NCBI GenBank assembly: GCA_965218785.1
Contig: OZ244650.1
Span: forward strand, 544,001 to 608,000
Direction of reading: 5' to 3'
Source of the DNA: Nitrosopumilus sp.
Lineage (GTDB): Archaea; Thermoproteota; Nitrososphaeria; Nitrososphaerales; Nitrosopumilaceae
DNA length: 64,000 nucleotides
Shown here: piece by piece, positions 17,555-27,530 of the stretch
Numbering within the stretch: the first letter of the stretch is position 1
How the letters are laid out: each line of letters begins with the position of its first letter
Made by a program: the position numbers and the translations under genes
The notes under the pieces: model-generated
What the model saw: the letters and a program-made list of their open reading frames with translations, nothing else
Told to the model about the DNA's origin: nothing
The model's database searches: none

Positions 17555-17914
17555 ATGGTCAGTCTTTTTCGATATCCAAAACGTCGTTTGAAAAAACTAA
17601 TCAGGGACGGCGAGTACATTCAAGCCATTGAATTTGGAAAACAGATAGAACCTGATTTTGCCGATGATCACGATTTCATGTTCATCATGGGAAGCATCTA
17701 CTTTATTGTAGATGATGCAAAAATGGCGCTTCCATATTTTGAAAAGGCCGTCCAACTAAGCAACAACGACATTGAAACCCTCACTCTAAAAACAAACGTT
17801 CATCTGGCTTTGCAGCAAAAAGATGAGGCAATTGACTGCTGCAAACAAATCATGCAGTTAAAACCAAAAAATTCCGAGGCGCGTGACCTGCTTGAAAAAC
17901 TAGAAAACCTGTGA
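17555..17914 (+). CDS. TPR-repeat protein
   Basis: G..Y......ALPYFEKAVQL and AIDCCKQIMQLKP TPR patterns. Confidence 0.85.
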   Translation: MVSLFRYPKRRLKKLIRDGEYIQAIEFGKQIEPDFADDHDFMFIMGSIYFIVDDAKMALPYFEKAVQLSNNDIETLTLKTNVHLALQQKDEAIDCCKQIMQLKPKNSEARDLLEKLENL

Positions 17915-17915
17915 G

Positions 17916-18395
17916 TCACTCTTTCTTTTTCATCTGATATGCATTTTCCATCAGCCAATCACAAAACGCTGTGACTTTACCATCAAATTCCGTCCAGATA
18001 TGTACTGAATGAGGCAGGATGTCAATCTTCCAGTTTTTTGTATATATTCTGACCCCCTCTTTGTTTTCATACATGTATGCATCCTCAGTCTGCACATCCC
18101 CGAGCAGCTCTACTGCCTTTTGTTTTATTATTTCCCTATCTATGGGAAATCTTTTCCTGTCATAATCAATAATCAAGCTCAGATCCCTTTTTCCATACAT
18201 TTCAAACTCCTCAATCCTACCCTCTTTTGGAAAATTTACCACCAGTTTGATGTTGTAGTTTTTGCCAACCTCTTTTCCTATCTCCACTATTCTCGAATAT
18301 GCCATGCCTGGGTTTTTCTTTAAAAGAAACGTGATCTGTGCCAGGTCTTTCTTCAACTGGGTCTGAAGATCCAAAATCAATTCTGAAAATATCAT
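17916..18395 (-). CDS. Hypothetical protein
   Basis: Open frame; start taken at MIFSEL with TTATAAAA ~25 nt upstream. Confidence 0.75.
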   Translation of the reverse strand: MIFSELILDLQTQLKKDLAQITFLLKKNPGMAYSRIVEIGKEVGKNYNIKLVVNFPKEGRIEEFEMYGKRDLSLIIDYDRKRFPIDREIIKQKAVELLGDVQTEDAYMYENKEGVRIYTKNWKIDILPHSVHIWTEFDGKVTAFCDWLMENAYQMKKKE

Positions 18396-18474
18396 ACGTA
18401 TTCTCCGGGATTTCCTTTTATAACCATTAATTTTACCTAGATTGGTTTTTTTAGAACTCTGATTCATCTAAAAT

Positions 18475-19119
18475 ATGGCAATGCCTATGGATTATGACGG
18501 AATGAGAACCGATGATGCCTCTGAGAGGACCACCAATGTTGATGAGTATAGGCGGACCTGTATTGATTTTATCGAGGATATCTCCCATGACTATGAGGCA
18601 TGGGTTGATTATTACAAGCTGCCTGAGGATGAAGACAAAAGAAGGCGGGCAGGCATCCGTGCCACCATTACCAGAACAAACGAATGGATAGCCAAAGTCG
18701 CCCAGTCAATTCAGGCAGTTGATGTTGCCATGAATGACGGAATTCAAAAGATGGCCGAATCCACTGCCGGCAAGCCCCTAGAATTTGGCGTCTTTGTAAA
18801 TCGGCAATCCGGCTATACTGAAACAAAGCCTGGAATCATAGATGTCAATATCAAAGCACACGGGCGGAAAGGAAGAAAAATGAAGCTGGGATTTCATTTT
18901 AAGGATGACCGGTTTAGAATAGAATCCACATGTGGCGCGTATATTGATGAAAGTGATATCAGGACCGAAGAATTTGAAATGATGGATGTTCACTTGAAGC
19001 TTTATGCTAAAAACGCCAAACAGCGTGATGTCATATCATTTACAGTAACTGTTAGCGAGATTGAAAATGACGTTGAAATAGACAAAAGGGGGCTTTCAAC
19101 TATAGTCCACTTGGTGTGA
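18475..19119 (+). CDS. Hypothetical protein (helical N-half, beta-rich C-half)
   Basis: 214-aa ORF divergent from the previous gene; no recognised motif. Confidence 0.75.
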   Translation: MAMPMDYDGMRTDDASERTTNVDEYRRTCIDFIEDISHDYEAWVDYYKLPEDEDKRRRAGIRATITRTNEWIAKVAQSIQAVDVAMNDGIQKMAESTAGKPLEFGVFVNRQSGYTETKPGIIDVNIKAHGRKGRKMKLGFHFKDDRFRIESTCGAYIDESDIRTEEFEMMDVHLKLYAKNAKQRDVISFTVTVSEIENDVEIDKRGLSTIVHLV

Positions 19120-19127
19120 TTGGTGTC

Positions 19128-21341
19128 TTATTCAAGATAATTGATGAATTTTCCGGTCTTTTCTAGCTCTATTGAATTGATCTCCTCTAGACTCTCAAAG
19201 GAGTTCATTTTTAGATGCAAGTCAGTTGCCGTATACAACACGTCATCAATATAGAATGTTCTGGGACTGTCAAGTTTGTAGTAATTTGAATCCCCGTCTG
19301 AATGAGTTATTACTCCCTTTAGATTGAATCCGGCAGTGTCATCCAAATCAAATACATAGAATCCACTCCAACCATCGTCAGTCCCCCTCACATGGCCTGA
19401 TGCATCGCTGAGGTCTTTTGCATTTCCTGATATTGGAATTGAAAGAATCTCCCTTGTCTTATCAAAGAAGAACGCTTTGTGATCGTATAATGCATCTGAA
19501 TGCGTGCGGCTGCCTCCTATGACTATCTCATCTGCAACTTTGGGATTGCTAACATCTGCAACGTTAAATAATGCTATCTTTATCCCCAGCTGAGTTACGC
19601 GACTATCCACTGCATTCGTGTCCCTGCCTATCCCGATGATGTGTTCCTCGTCATATGGATGCAAATAATTTGAAAATCCAGGAATCTTTAATTCTCCTAA
19701 AATCTTTGGGGTATCTGTTGACAAGTCAATTACAAAGAATGGATCAATCTGCTGGAATGTCACCAGATATAGCCTGTCTCCTATGAATCTGGCTGAAAAA
19801 ATGCTCTCATCAGGCGCAATATTCTCCAGTTCCCCTACGATGTTTAGTTGTTCATCTAGGATGTGGACTGCATTTGCACGAATTAACCCCTGGTACTGTG
19901 TATGGTATTCGACGGTAGTTGCAATCCTGAATCGGTCCCCGTTCTGATCCATGGAAAACTGGTTAAGGAGACGTCCGGGCACCGTTCCTTTTGCAATATA
20001 CTCTATTTTATCCTCATCAATTGATATTTTGTGAATTATTGTTTTTACTATGTCCTCTTGATTTTTTAGATCATATTCATGTAATGCCTTTTTAATCGTT
20101 GCAAACAACTCTTCTTTGTCATCTTTGTCCATTTTATTGTATGACTCTTGCAACAATCCTGAAATTTTCATCCACTGTGTAGCTGAATTTAATGAGGAAT
20201 CATTCTGAATTGTTTTGATCTCATTTTGAATGCTCTCTGGCAGCAGCGGTACTATGATGTCAAAGAATCTGTCCCGTACTATACTCTCGTGAGACAAGAG
20301 CTGTGTCTTTTGCGTGTTTTGCTCATAAGTCAGATAAAAGTTGTCTTCAGATACATAAAATGCTCCGGAATACCCCATAAGGAATGTTTCAGAGTTTACC
20401 GTATCACCAAATATGTCAATTGCAGTCAGCGTGTTAAAGTTTGAAAATTCCTCTACATTATCAAAGTAAAACGCATCGGGTGTCACAATTGGAATGGAAC
20501 GCTCTAAAATAACCGGAAGTCTTGGATTAAGATGGTCAATATAACTACTAGTGACAAAGTATGCATAATCACCTATCATCCGTGCATCACTGAAGTGACC
20601 ATCAATGGAATAATCCTTGAGAATTATCGGATCTTCCTTGTCTGATACGTCAATAATTAACGCATGAGTAGCTGGACTGTAAGAACGCTGTGGAACAAAG
20701 TCATACGGCTGAATTGCCTCCTCATACTTGTGTCCATTATAAAATATCACCAGTCTGTCCTCATTTAGGAACATGTCTTGAATATACGATAATTCCACAT
20801 CTAGTGCAATTTTGAGAATTAAACTTGCATCCTCTGCAGGATATGCATCAATTATTGATAAGGTATTTCCACGTACGATGTAGACGTATTTTGAATCATT
20901 TTTGAGATAGTCTGACTCGTCAACATTTGCAACCTGGACATTCGTAGTTGAATATTCTGGGGTTTGCTTGTTGCGAATAGTCTGTGAAAATACGTCAGAT
21001 TGTAGAGCTCCTGGCTCCCTAAATACAGATTCCGAGGTTGAACCTATGTTAGATACTGTCCGGTCAAGGTTCACCGAACCTAGAGATCTTTCTCCGAACA
21101 AAGCAGCAGATGCCTCTAGAATGTTTTTCAACTCTTCCTGAGATGCTATTTTTTTAATGTCGTGTGTTCCTTCAAAATACTCGGATGCTGGTTTTTCAAC
21201 ATAGACTATTTCAGGAGGAGACTGTTCCCTGATGATCTCAGACTGTTGTTCAAAACCAACCAAATACATTATTCCTGCGGTACTCATTGCCGAAACGACT
21301 ATTGCAATTACAATTATTATTTTTGAATCCATTTTTTCCAC
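19128..21341 (-). CDS. Membrane-anchored secreted protein with beta-propeller domain (Beta_propel family)
   Basis: YSTTNVQVANVDESD, GRLLNQFSMD, RFIG...VTFQQIDPFFVIDL, GELKIPGFSNYLHP motifs; N-terminal TM. Confidence 0.9.
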   Translation of the reverse strand: MEKMDSKIIIVIAIVVSAMSTAGIMYLVGFEQQSEIIREQSPPEIVYVEKPASEYFEGTHDIKKIASQEELKNILEASAALFGERSLGSVNLDRTVSNIGSTSESVFREPGALQSDVFSQTIRNKQTPEYSTTNVQVANVDESDYLKNDSKYVYIVRGNTLSIIDAYPAEDASLILKIALDVELSYIQDMFLNEDRLVIFYNGHKYEEAIQPYDFVPQRSYSPATHALIIDVSDKEDPIILKDYSIDGHFSDARMIGDYAYFVTSSYIDHLNPRLPVILERSIPIVTPDAFYFDNVEEFSNFNTLTAIDIFGDTVNSETFLMGYSGAFYVSEDNFYLTYEQNTQKTQLLSHESIVRDRFFDIIVPLLPESIQNEIKTIQNDSSLNSATQWMKISGLLQESYNKMDKDDKEELFATIKKALHEYDLKNQEDIVKTIIHKISIDEDKIEYIAKGTVPGRLLNQFSMDQNGDRFRIATTVEYHTQYQGLIRANAVHILDEQLNIVGELENIAPDESIFSARFIGDRLYLVTFQQIDPFFVIDLSTDTPKILGELKIPGFSNYLHPYDEEHIIGIGRDTNAVDSRVTQLGIKIALFNVADVSNPKVADEIVIGGSRTHSDALYDHKAFFFDKTREILSIPISGNAKDLSDASGHVRGTDDGWSGFYVFDLDDTAGFNLKGVITHSDGDSNYYKLDSPRTFYIDDVLYTATDLHLKMNSFESLEEINSIELEKTGKFINYLE

Positions 21342-21478
21342 ATCTTTTAGTTATCCTCTTTTTTTTGAGAACAGATATTTAGCGATTACTATTCCTTGTC
21401 GGTTTGGAATAAAAGGTTTAATGAAATTCCAGTTTTACCAAACAACTTACATATGCCGGATTGACATTAACAGCTCTA

Positions 21479-22636
21479 ATGACTGCAGATGATGCCTTAA
21501 ATGACGAAGTAACTGAAAAAATAAAGATTCTTGCAACAGACGATGAAAAAATAAAGTCATTTGGTGAGTTGCTTACAAACGATTCTAGCCGTGAAATTTT
21601 ACAACTGCTCTTCAATGAGGAATTATCTGCAACTCAAATTACTCAAAAAACCGACATTTCGCTACAACTTGTAAAATATCATCTAATCAAGCTTCAGGAT
21701 TTGGGAATTGTGAAAATCTCAAAGATTGAAAAAAACTCCAAATCCAAAGACATGAAGTTTTATTCTGCAACAAAATTCAGCATCGTAATCGTTCCGCCAA
21801 AACTGTCTAAAAAAACAAAGGAAAGTAAATTGTTGGTCAGATCCTTTAGACATATTTACAGGGTGGCAGGACTAGGAATCGCAACAGGCATTTCAGGACT
21901 GTTCTCCTTGGCTGCATTACCACAGGAAAGACAAATTCCTGCCAGTGATGTCGTATCAAACCAAGAATCTCTCTTACCTGAACAGTTGGATAAAAGCAAC
22001 CAAGATGTCTTGCCGACCGGAGAAGACACGGTCATACAGAAAGAAACATTTGAAGAATCAGATAAACTCGCCCAAAGCGTCCAATACACTGATACTGATT
22101 TATCTCACGAACCATCTGCTGCACCTACTACTGCTGAGACTGTTGCTCCTGATGGTGAGCCTCAAATGAATTTTGATACTGAGTCATCTCCTGTAACTTC
22201 CTCTGCACCTACTACTGATATTGCTGCCCCTGAAGGTGAGCTTCAAATGAATCTTGATCCTGAGCCATCCTCCCCAACTTCCTCTGCACCTACTGCCCCT
22301 GAAGGTGAGCCTCAAATACCGCTTGATCCTGAGCCATCTCCAATGCCATCCTCTACACCTGCCGCCCCTGAAGGTGAGCCTCAAATACCGCTTGATCCTG
22401 AGCCATCTCCAATGCCATCCTCTGCACCTAATACTGCCGCCCTTAAAGATGAGCCTCAAATACAGCTTGATGCTGATTTGAGTGTCGTGGCTGATGTAAT
22501 TGACTCTAATATTGCAACTTACTCCTTTTCTGATCTGCTGGCCCCGCTTGTCATAGTTACGGGAATTTTTGCTGGGCTGACTGTTTACTATTTGTACAAA
22601 TCACTGAAAAAACCGCGGATCCTAACTGGGGTATAA
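21479..22636 (+). CDS. Membrane-anchored ArsR-type wHTH regulator with Pro/acidic repeat loop between two TM helices
   Basis: SSREILQLL...LSATQI...SLQLVKYHLIKLQDLGIV HTH; TM at ~aa130-150 and at C-terminus; alternative TTG start 21461. Confidence 0.85.
   Translation: MTADDALNDEVTEKIKILATDDEKIKSFGELLTNDSSREILQLLFNEELSATQITQKTDISLQLVKYHLIKLQDLGIVKISKIEKNSKSKDMKFYSATKFSIVIVPPKLSKKTKESKLLVRSFRHIYRVAGLGIATGISGLFSLAALPQERQIPASDVVSNQESLLPEQLDKSNQDVLPTGEDTVIQKETFEESDKLAQSVQYTDTDLSHEPSAAPTTAETVAPDGEPQMNFDTESSPVTSSAPTTDIAAPEGELQMNLDPEPSSPTSSAPTAPEGEPQIPLDPEPSPMPSSTPAAPEGEPQIPLDPEPSPMPSSAPNTAALKDEPQIQLDADLSVVADVIDSNIATYSFSDLLAPLVIVTGIFAGLTVYYLYKSLKKPRILTGV
22110..22475 (+). repeat. ~5 degenerate in-frame ~69-bp repeats (APEGEPQIPLDPEPSPMPSS)
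   Basis: Identical 60-bp blocks starting at 22295 and 22364, with more diverged copies on each side. Confidence 0.85.
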
Positions 22637-22945
22637 CGTAACTTCAATTGTCACCCTCTTTTCTTTTGCCCTTGTCTCACCAGGATATTTTAACTCTGAA
22701 ATCTTCCTGTTTAACTCCTCGTCTGTGACAACTCTTGCCTCTCCTGAAAAAATCAAGTTATTGTGACTTATTCTCACTTTCGGATTCATTACGGCGTTTT
22801 TGAACCAATCCCCGTCTGGTCTGTGTCTTGAAAAATATATTTTTCCATTATAATTTACCGCACGTAGCATGACTGAATGCTGATTTCCAGTCTTTCTGCC
22901 CCTTGTGGTCAGAATTGGATGAAATAACTTTTCTTTTATCTTCAT
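22622..22945 (-). CDS. Deazaflavin (F420)-dependent nitroreductase-like (DDN/split-barrel) protein
   Basis: LTTRGRKTG...DWFKNA..NPKV motif; start taken at MKIKEK. Confidence 0.8.
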   Translation of the reverse strand: MKIKEKLFHPILTTRGRKTGNQHSVMLRAVNYNGKIYFSRHRPDGDWFKNAVMNPKVRISHNNLIFSGEARVVTDEELNRKISELKYPGETRAKEKRVTIEVTLYPS

Positions 22946-23033
22946 GCGTGATTTTTTCCTGTCAAGTAATTTAACCCCATTGCTAGAAATTTCTGATATC
23001 TGGTCTGATAAGTAAATCTGATCATTTGAGACC

Positions 23034-23486
23034 ATGTCCGTAAAACTAGAAGGAATGCCTACACGCATTGCTACTGCAGACACGTTTACTGGAAAAAAAG
23101 TCATAGATAGGGAGGGAGTCGAACATGGCAAGGTCAAGCACATACATATCAATCAAGATACACTTACCGTATCAGGCGTGACTATCCGTTATGGATTCAA
23201 CAAGAATTATTTTCTTTCCGAAGACTATATAGACAAATTCTCTGAAAAGACACTGCTTCTTAGCAGGCCTCCTGTTAGGACCGGTGTTTCGGTGGTAGAC
23301 ATTGATCGACACAAGATTGGCAAGATAAAGCGGTTACATAGGAATCCTGACACCAATGAACTCGAATCAATTGAAGTGACCGCAGGTCTGACACGTTCTA
23401 AGATCCTCTCAAAATCGGAAATCTGGGGAATAGGAGAAAAAGTCATTTTAAGAATGACAAAAAAAGAGTTCAAGAATATCAAGTGA
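23034..23486 (+). CDS. Tandem PRC-barrel protein
   Basis: Two G..V.D..G...GKV/I repeats. Confidence 0.82.
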   Translation: MSVKLEGMPTRIATADTFTGKKVIDREGVEHGKVKHIHINQDTLTVSGVTIRYGFNKNYFLSEDYIDKFSEKTLLLSRPPVRTGVSVVDIDRHKIGKIKRLHRNPDTNELESIEVTAGLTRSKILSKSEIWGIGEKVILRMTKKEFKNIK

Positions 23487-23524
23487 TACCCTCAAACCTA
23501 TTTTTTCAAAATAACATTTTTTGA

Positions 23525-23623
23525 TTAACTTGTTTTTTTAGTACATGCCATACAAACAGGAATTCCTTCCTGAACAGTTATTTCTATATTTGATGAGTGA
23601 CATATCTGACAAAGCCCTTTCAT
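23525..23623 (-). CDS. 32-aa CxxC...CxxC zinc-ribbon micro-protein
   Basis: Manual translation MKGLCQICHSSNIEITVQEGIPVCMACTKKTS; AAATTTAA ~25 nt upstream. Confidence 0.6.
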   Translation of the reverse strand: MKGLCQICHSSNIEITVQEGIPVCMACTKKTS

Positions 23624-23899
23624 AAAGTCTGCTTCAAATTCCTCCTTAAATTTTTTTACGTGTGTGCCACGTTCTGATTGTGCTCCATTCTGAATAAAAC
23701 CATGCCGTAAATTCGAAATTTCCCAGTATTATGATCTAAGCTGTGCCTCAGTATATCCATTAGGTACAATCAGAATTTTTGGAGTGATCGGATCAATCTG
23801 GCAATTATCAAAACTGATGTAATCATTAGATCCTGCCAGTCTGGCATCTGTGACTGGAGACTGTCTTTTTACGATGAAAGGTAAATTAACAATTTATAA

Positions 23900-24922
23900 T
23901 TGACAAATGCGATCAGTGTATTGCATTCAATAGAAACAAAATCCCTCACAAAATCGTTTGGAAGCGTGACTGCCGTTGATGACGTATCCTTTTCAGTTCA
24001 AAAAGGCGAGATCTTTGGATTCCTGGGACCCAACGGCGCCGGAAAAAGTACCACGATAATGATTCTAACAACGCTGCTAAAACCGACGTCTGGCCAAGCC
24101 CTGATCTCCGGGTTTGATGTAATGACAGATGCAAAACATGTAAGGGAGAATATCGGATACGTGCAGCAGGAAACGACTGTCGATGAATATCTGACCGGGC
24201 GGGAGAATCTCCTGCTGCAAGCAAAACTCAATCATATCCCAAAATCTGAAATTGACAGGAGAATTGACGAGATTCTGAATCTGATCGAGCTTGGTGAGAA
24301 GCAAGACGACTCCGTAGTTACCTACTCTGGCGGCATGAGAAAGCGCTTGGATATTGCAGGCGGTCTTTTGCACAGGCCAAAAGTATTGTTCCTTGATGAG
24401 CCAACAGTGGGCCTTGATATTCAGACCCGTAGAAAGATTTGGGAGTATATCCGAAGAATCCATGATGAGTTTGATATGACCATCTTTCTTACAACTCATT
24501 ATATGGAGGAGGCAGATCAGCTCTGCGACAGAATTGGGATAATTGATGGTGGCAAAATTCAGGTAATTGATTCTCCGGCGAATATGAAAGCTGCAATGGG
24601 CAACGAGGTAATTTCCATAATCTTTGAAGGTCAAAACCGTGATTCATTCCTGTCTGAGCTGCAAAAAATTGAATCTATAAACAAAATTAATCAAGACGGC
24701 TCTAAGCTTACCTTGTTTGCATCAAATGGAACAAAAGTCATCCCAAAAGTTTTTCAAATCTCCTCCGAGCTTGATATTAAAATTACCTCCATCTCACTTA
24801 CACAACCGACACTCGATGACGTATTCATCTCTTACACCGGACATGAAATCCGGGATGATGATGCTAATTCCGGCTTTGATAGAAAACGTGAGCATGTAAA
24901 AATCAAGAGGCGGCGTACATGA
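23900..24922 (+). CDS. ABC exporter ATP-binding protein (DrrA-like)
   Basis: GPNGAGKST, YSGGM, LFLDEPT, TTHYM. Confidence 0.93.
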   Translation: MTNAISVLHSIETKSLTKSFGSVTAVDDVSFSVQKGEIFGFLGPNGAGKSTTIMILTTLLKPTSGQALISGFDVMTDAKHVRENIGYVQQETTVDEYLTGRENLLLQAKLNHIPKSEIDRRIDEILNLIELGEKQDDSVVTYSGGMRKRLDIAGGLLHRPKVLFLDEPTVGLDIQTRRKIWEYIRRIHDEFDMTIFLTTHYMEEADQLCDRIGIIDGGKIQVIDSPANMKAAMGNEVISIIFEGQNRDSFLSELQKIESINKINQDGSKLTLFASNGTKVIPKVFQISSELDIKITSISLTQPTLDDVFISYTGHEIRDDDANSGFDRKREHVKIKRRRT

Positions 24923-25704
24923 ATACTGTGATGTATGATACATACACAATTTTCTGGAGGGAGTTAAAGCGGTACAAAAAATCCCGAAGCGGGGTTTTAA
25001 TCAGGTTAATCCAGCCTGCGATTTGGATTATAGTGATCGGAAATACTTTTTCAGGAACCCAGCCGCTGATTGAGTCCGTTGGATTTCAGGGGGAATACAT
25101 TGAATTTATGGCCCCCGGCGTCATTGTTCTTACTGCGATTTTTACTAGTATCTTTGGTGGTGTCAACACGTTATGGGATAGACGGTACGGTTTTATGAAC
25201 AAGGCATTAACCTCGCCGATCTCCCGTTCTGCAATCGCCCTGGGAAAGATGTCTGCAATTTCCATGATTGCCGCCCTGCAGGCTAGCTTGATTCTGGGAA
25301 TCGCCCTGGCAATCGGAGTCAATTTCCCAAACCCCATCATGATTGTGCCGATTATGGCAGTCGTCATCTTGTTCTCGCTGGGATTTTCAGGAATTTCAGT
25401 ACTAGTTGCAGCGACTGCAAAGTCCCAGGAGACATTCTGGGGCATGATCAATTTTCTTGGAATGCCGTTGTTTATGCTAAGCCCTGCGCTATTCCCATTA
25501 GAGCTACTGCCAGACTGGCTTGCCACGATTGCAAGATTGAATCCTGTTACCTACACTGTTTTGCTGGTAAGGGAGATGATGACCGGAGTCTCTGAAGGGG
25601 GAGTTCCCGTATTGCTCAGCCTTGGAATAATCTTGGCATTCGTGCTTGCAATGGTGGGTCTGGCAAGCTATGTGTTTACACGTGAAGTAAACAAGCCATT
25701 CTGA
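24919..25704 (+). CDS. ABC-2 type permease (DrrB-like)
   Basis: 6 TM; LPDWL..IARLNPVTY motif; ATGA overlap with ATPase. Confidence 0.92.
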   Translation: MNTVMYDTYTIFWRELKRYKKSRSGVLIRLIQPAIWIIVIGNTFSGTQPLIESVGFQGEYIEFMAPGVIVLTAIFTSIFGGVNTLWDRRYGFMNKALTSPISRSAIALGKMSAISMIAALQASLILGIALAIGVNFPNPIMIVPIMAVVILFSLGFSGISVLVAATAKSQETFWGMINFLGMPLFMLSPALFPLELLPDWLATIARLNPVTYTVLLVREMMTGVSEGGVPVLLSLGIILAFVLAMVGLASYVFTREVNKPF

Positions 25705-25774
25705 TAGAAAATTGACAAAAATTGCAACATTTACAACCCCACGCATGGTTCTTTAATTCTGTCATCATAACCTG

Positions 25775-27343
25775 TTGAAATTAATCCTTGGAACAGTAAT
25801 GTTCTCTGTACTGTTGTTAGCCGGCTCCTTTTCCCAAGACTCATTTGGGTTTGGAGACTATGATCTTATCTCAGAATTTGGCTCATTTGGAATATCCAAA
25901 TCCGGTCATTTCTCGCATCCTCAATTTATTGCCGTAGGGGATGATGGTAGCATCTATGTTGGTGATTTTGGAAACAAACGCATTCAAAAATTCTCAGATA
26001 GCGGTAAATACATTGCTGAATGGGGCAAAAGTGGAAAACAGGCCGGAGAATTCCGCCATCCGACCGGAATTGCAGTATCTGCTGATTCTGTTTTTGTTGC
26101 AGACCGCGAACTGCATAGAATTCAAAAGTTTTCAACTGACGGTGAATTCATTGCTGAATGGGGTCAAAAAGGAATCTATGATGGACAGTTTCGATTTCCA
26201 AATGGAGTTGCCGTAAATAATGGAACCCTTTATGTCGTTGACACGGGCAACTACCGGGTTCAAATGTTTTCAACTGACGGGGAATTTATTTCATCATTTG
26301 GTTCTAGTGGACTTGGAGAAGGTCAACTACTGACTGGAATCGGCATTGATATTGACTCAGAAGGCAACGTTTATGTCGCTGATAGAGGCAACGGTAAAAT
26401 TGAAAAATTCACTGCTGACGGGGAATTTATTGAATCATTAAAATTCACTGCACACGATTATGTCTTTTTCCCTGAAGCAATAGCAATTGATCCTAACGAT
26501 GTGATATTCATTGCTAATGCCGGAAATAGTAGAATCCTACACTTGGGTCCGGGCTCTGATTTGTCATTAAACTATATTGAACAACACGGTCCATATCCTG
26601 ATTCGTTTGATCTCCTCGGTGGTCTGGCAATAGGATCTAACGGTCAATTGCTTGCTGTGGACTCGCTAAAGCATAAAATCAACTCTTTTGAAACACCGTT
26701 TTACATAGAACCTGAGATTGTCGATTCTGTAGAAATTCCCGTAGTTGAGGTTGTGGTAAAGGAACAAAAAAAGCCTGAAATTACCGCCCCACCTTCGTTG
26801 ATAATCGAGGCCGAAGACCTGCTAACTAGCGTATCTTATGGCGAGGCAACTGCAACTGATGGTGATGGCATCAAAAAAATCATCAATAACGCCCCAGAGG
26901 CATTTTCGCTGGGCATCACAAACATAATTTGGATTGCATTTGATAACGTGGGTTATTCTTCTAGCGTATATCAGACAGTCAATATACAGACATGCGGCAA
27001 GGCATACTATGACTATAACTTTATTGAAGGAACTCCCGGCGATGATGTAATAGATGGTACAGATGATGATGATCTAATCTTTGGACTGGAAGGAGATGAT
27101 CTTATCTCCGGCGGCCTGGGAAACGACTGCATCTTTGGAGGCTCCGGTGATGATACACTCTCCGGTGGTGATGGGGATGATACAATCAAAGGAAATTCCG
27201 GCAATGATATTCTAAAAGGAGAACTTGGCGATGATGTAATTTATGCCGGCTCTGGTTTTAATGAACTAGATGGCAACCATGGTTATGATCGATGTTATCC
27301 CTCAGAACTCAACCGTGATCTGCTGTCAGACTGTGTGGAATAA
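25775..27343 (+). CDS. Secreted NHL-repeat beta-propeller protein with HYR-like domain and RTX-type Ca-binding repeats
   Basis: Signal peptide; GxF.xPxGIAV...YVAD..N.RIQKF repeats; PEITAP...ATATD; GGxGxDxL nonapeptides. Confidence 0.88.
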   Translation: MKLILGTVMFSVLLLAGSFSQDSFGFGDYDLISEFGSFGISKSGHFSHPQFIAVGDDGSIYVGDFGNKRIQKFSDSGKYIAEWGKSGKQAGEFRHPTGIAVSADSVFVADRELHRIQKFSTDGEFIAEWGQKGIYDGQFRFPNGVAVNNGTLYVVDTGNYRVQMFSTDGEFISSFGSSGLGEGQLLTGIGIDIDSEGNVYVADRGNGKIEKFTADGEFIESLKFTAHDYVFFPEAIAIDPNDVIFIANAGNSRILHLGPGSDLSLNYIEQHGPYPDSFDLLGGLAIGSNGQLLAVDSLKHKINSFETPFYIEPEIVDSVEIPVVEVVVKEQKKPEITAPPSLIIEAEDLLTSVSYGEATATDGDGIKKIINNAPEAFSLGITNIIWIAFDNVGYSSSVYQTVNIQTCGKAYYDYNFIEGTPGDDVIDGTDDDDLIFGLEGDDLISGGLGNDCIFGGSGDDTLSGGDGDDTIKGNSGNDILKGELGDDVIYAGSGFNELDGNHGYDRCYPSELNRDLLSDCVE

Positions 27344-27445
27344 ATCCGAGCGTTATGCTTGTTTGATAATTGAAGATTAACAACATGCAATCTTTCAGAT
27401 CATAATAAGGGATGTGATCACACACTTCCCGATATATTGGTCGGG

Positions 27446-27490
27446 GATCAATTACGTCTACTCTGATCTATATAGTTGACCATACTATAT
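27446..27490 (+). promoter_or_regulatory. Putative phosphate-regulon operator upstream of pstS
   Basis: GATCAATT..TCTGATCTATATAG..ACTATA; similar elements recur upstream of pstC. Confidence 0.45.
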
Positions 27491-27530
27491 GTTTGTTAAC
27501 TGTAAATAAATTTTAAAACAACGTACTCTA

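Noticed and set aside
17161-22475. 24-bp and 69-bp repeats as CRISPR or mobile-element ends
   Set aside because: Both are multiples of 3 inside coding linkers and lack spacers or terminal inverted repeats
23834-23846. TGCCAG-T-CTGGCA palindrome upstream of the ABC exporter
   Set aside because: 6-bp arms occur readily by chance; no second copy noticed
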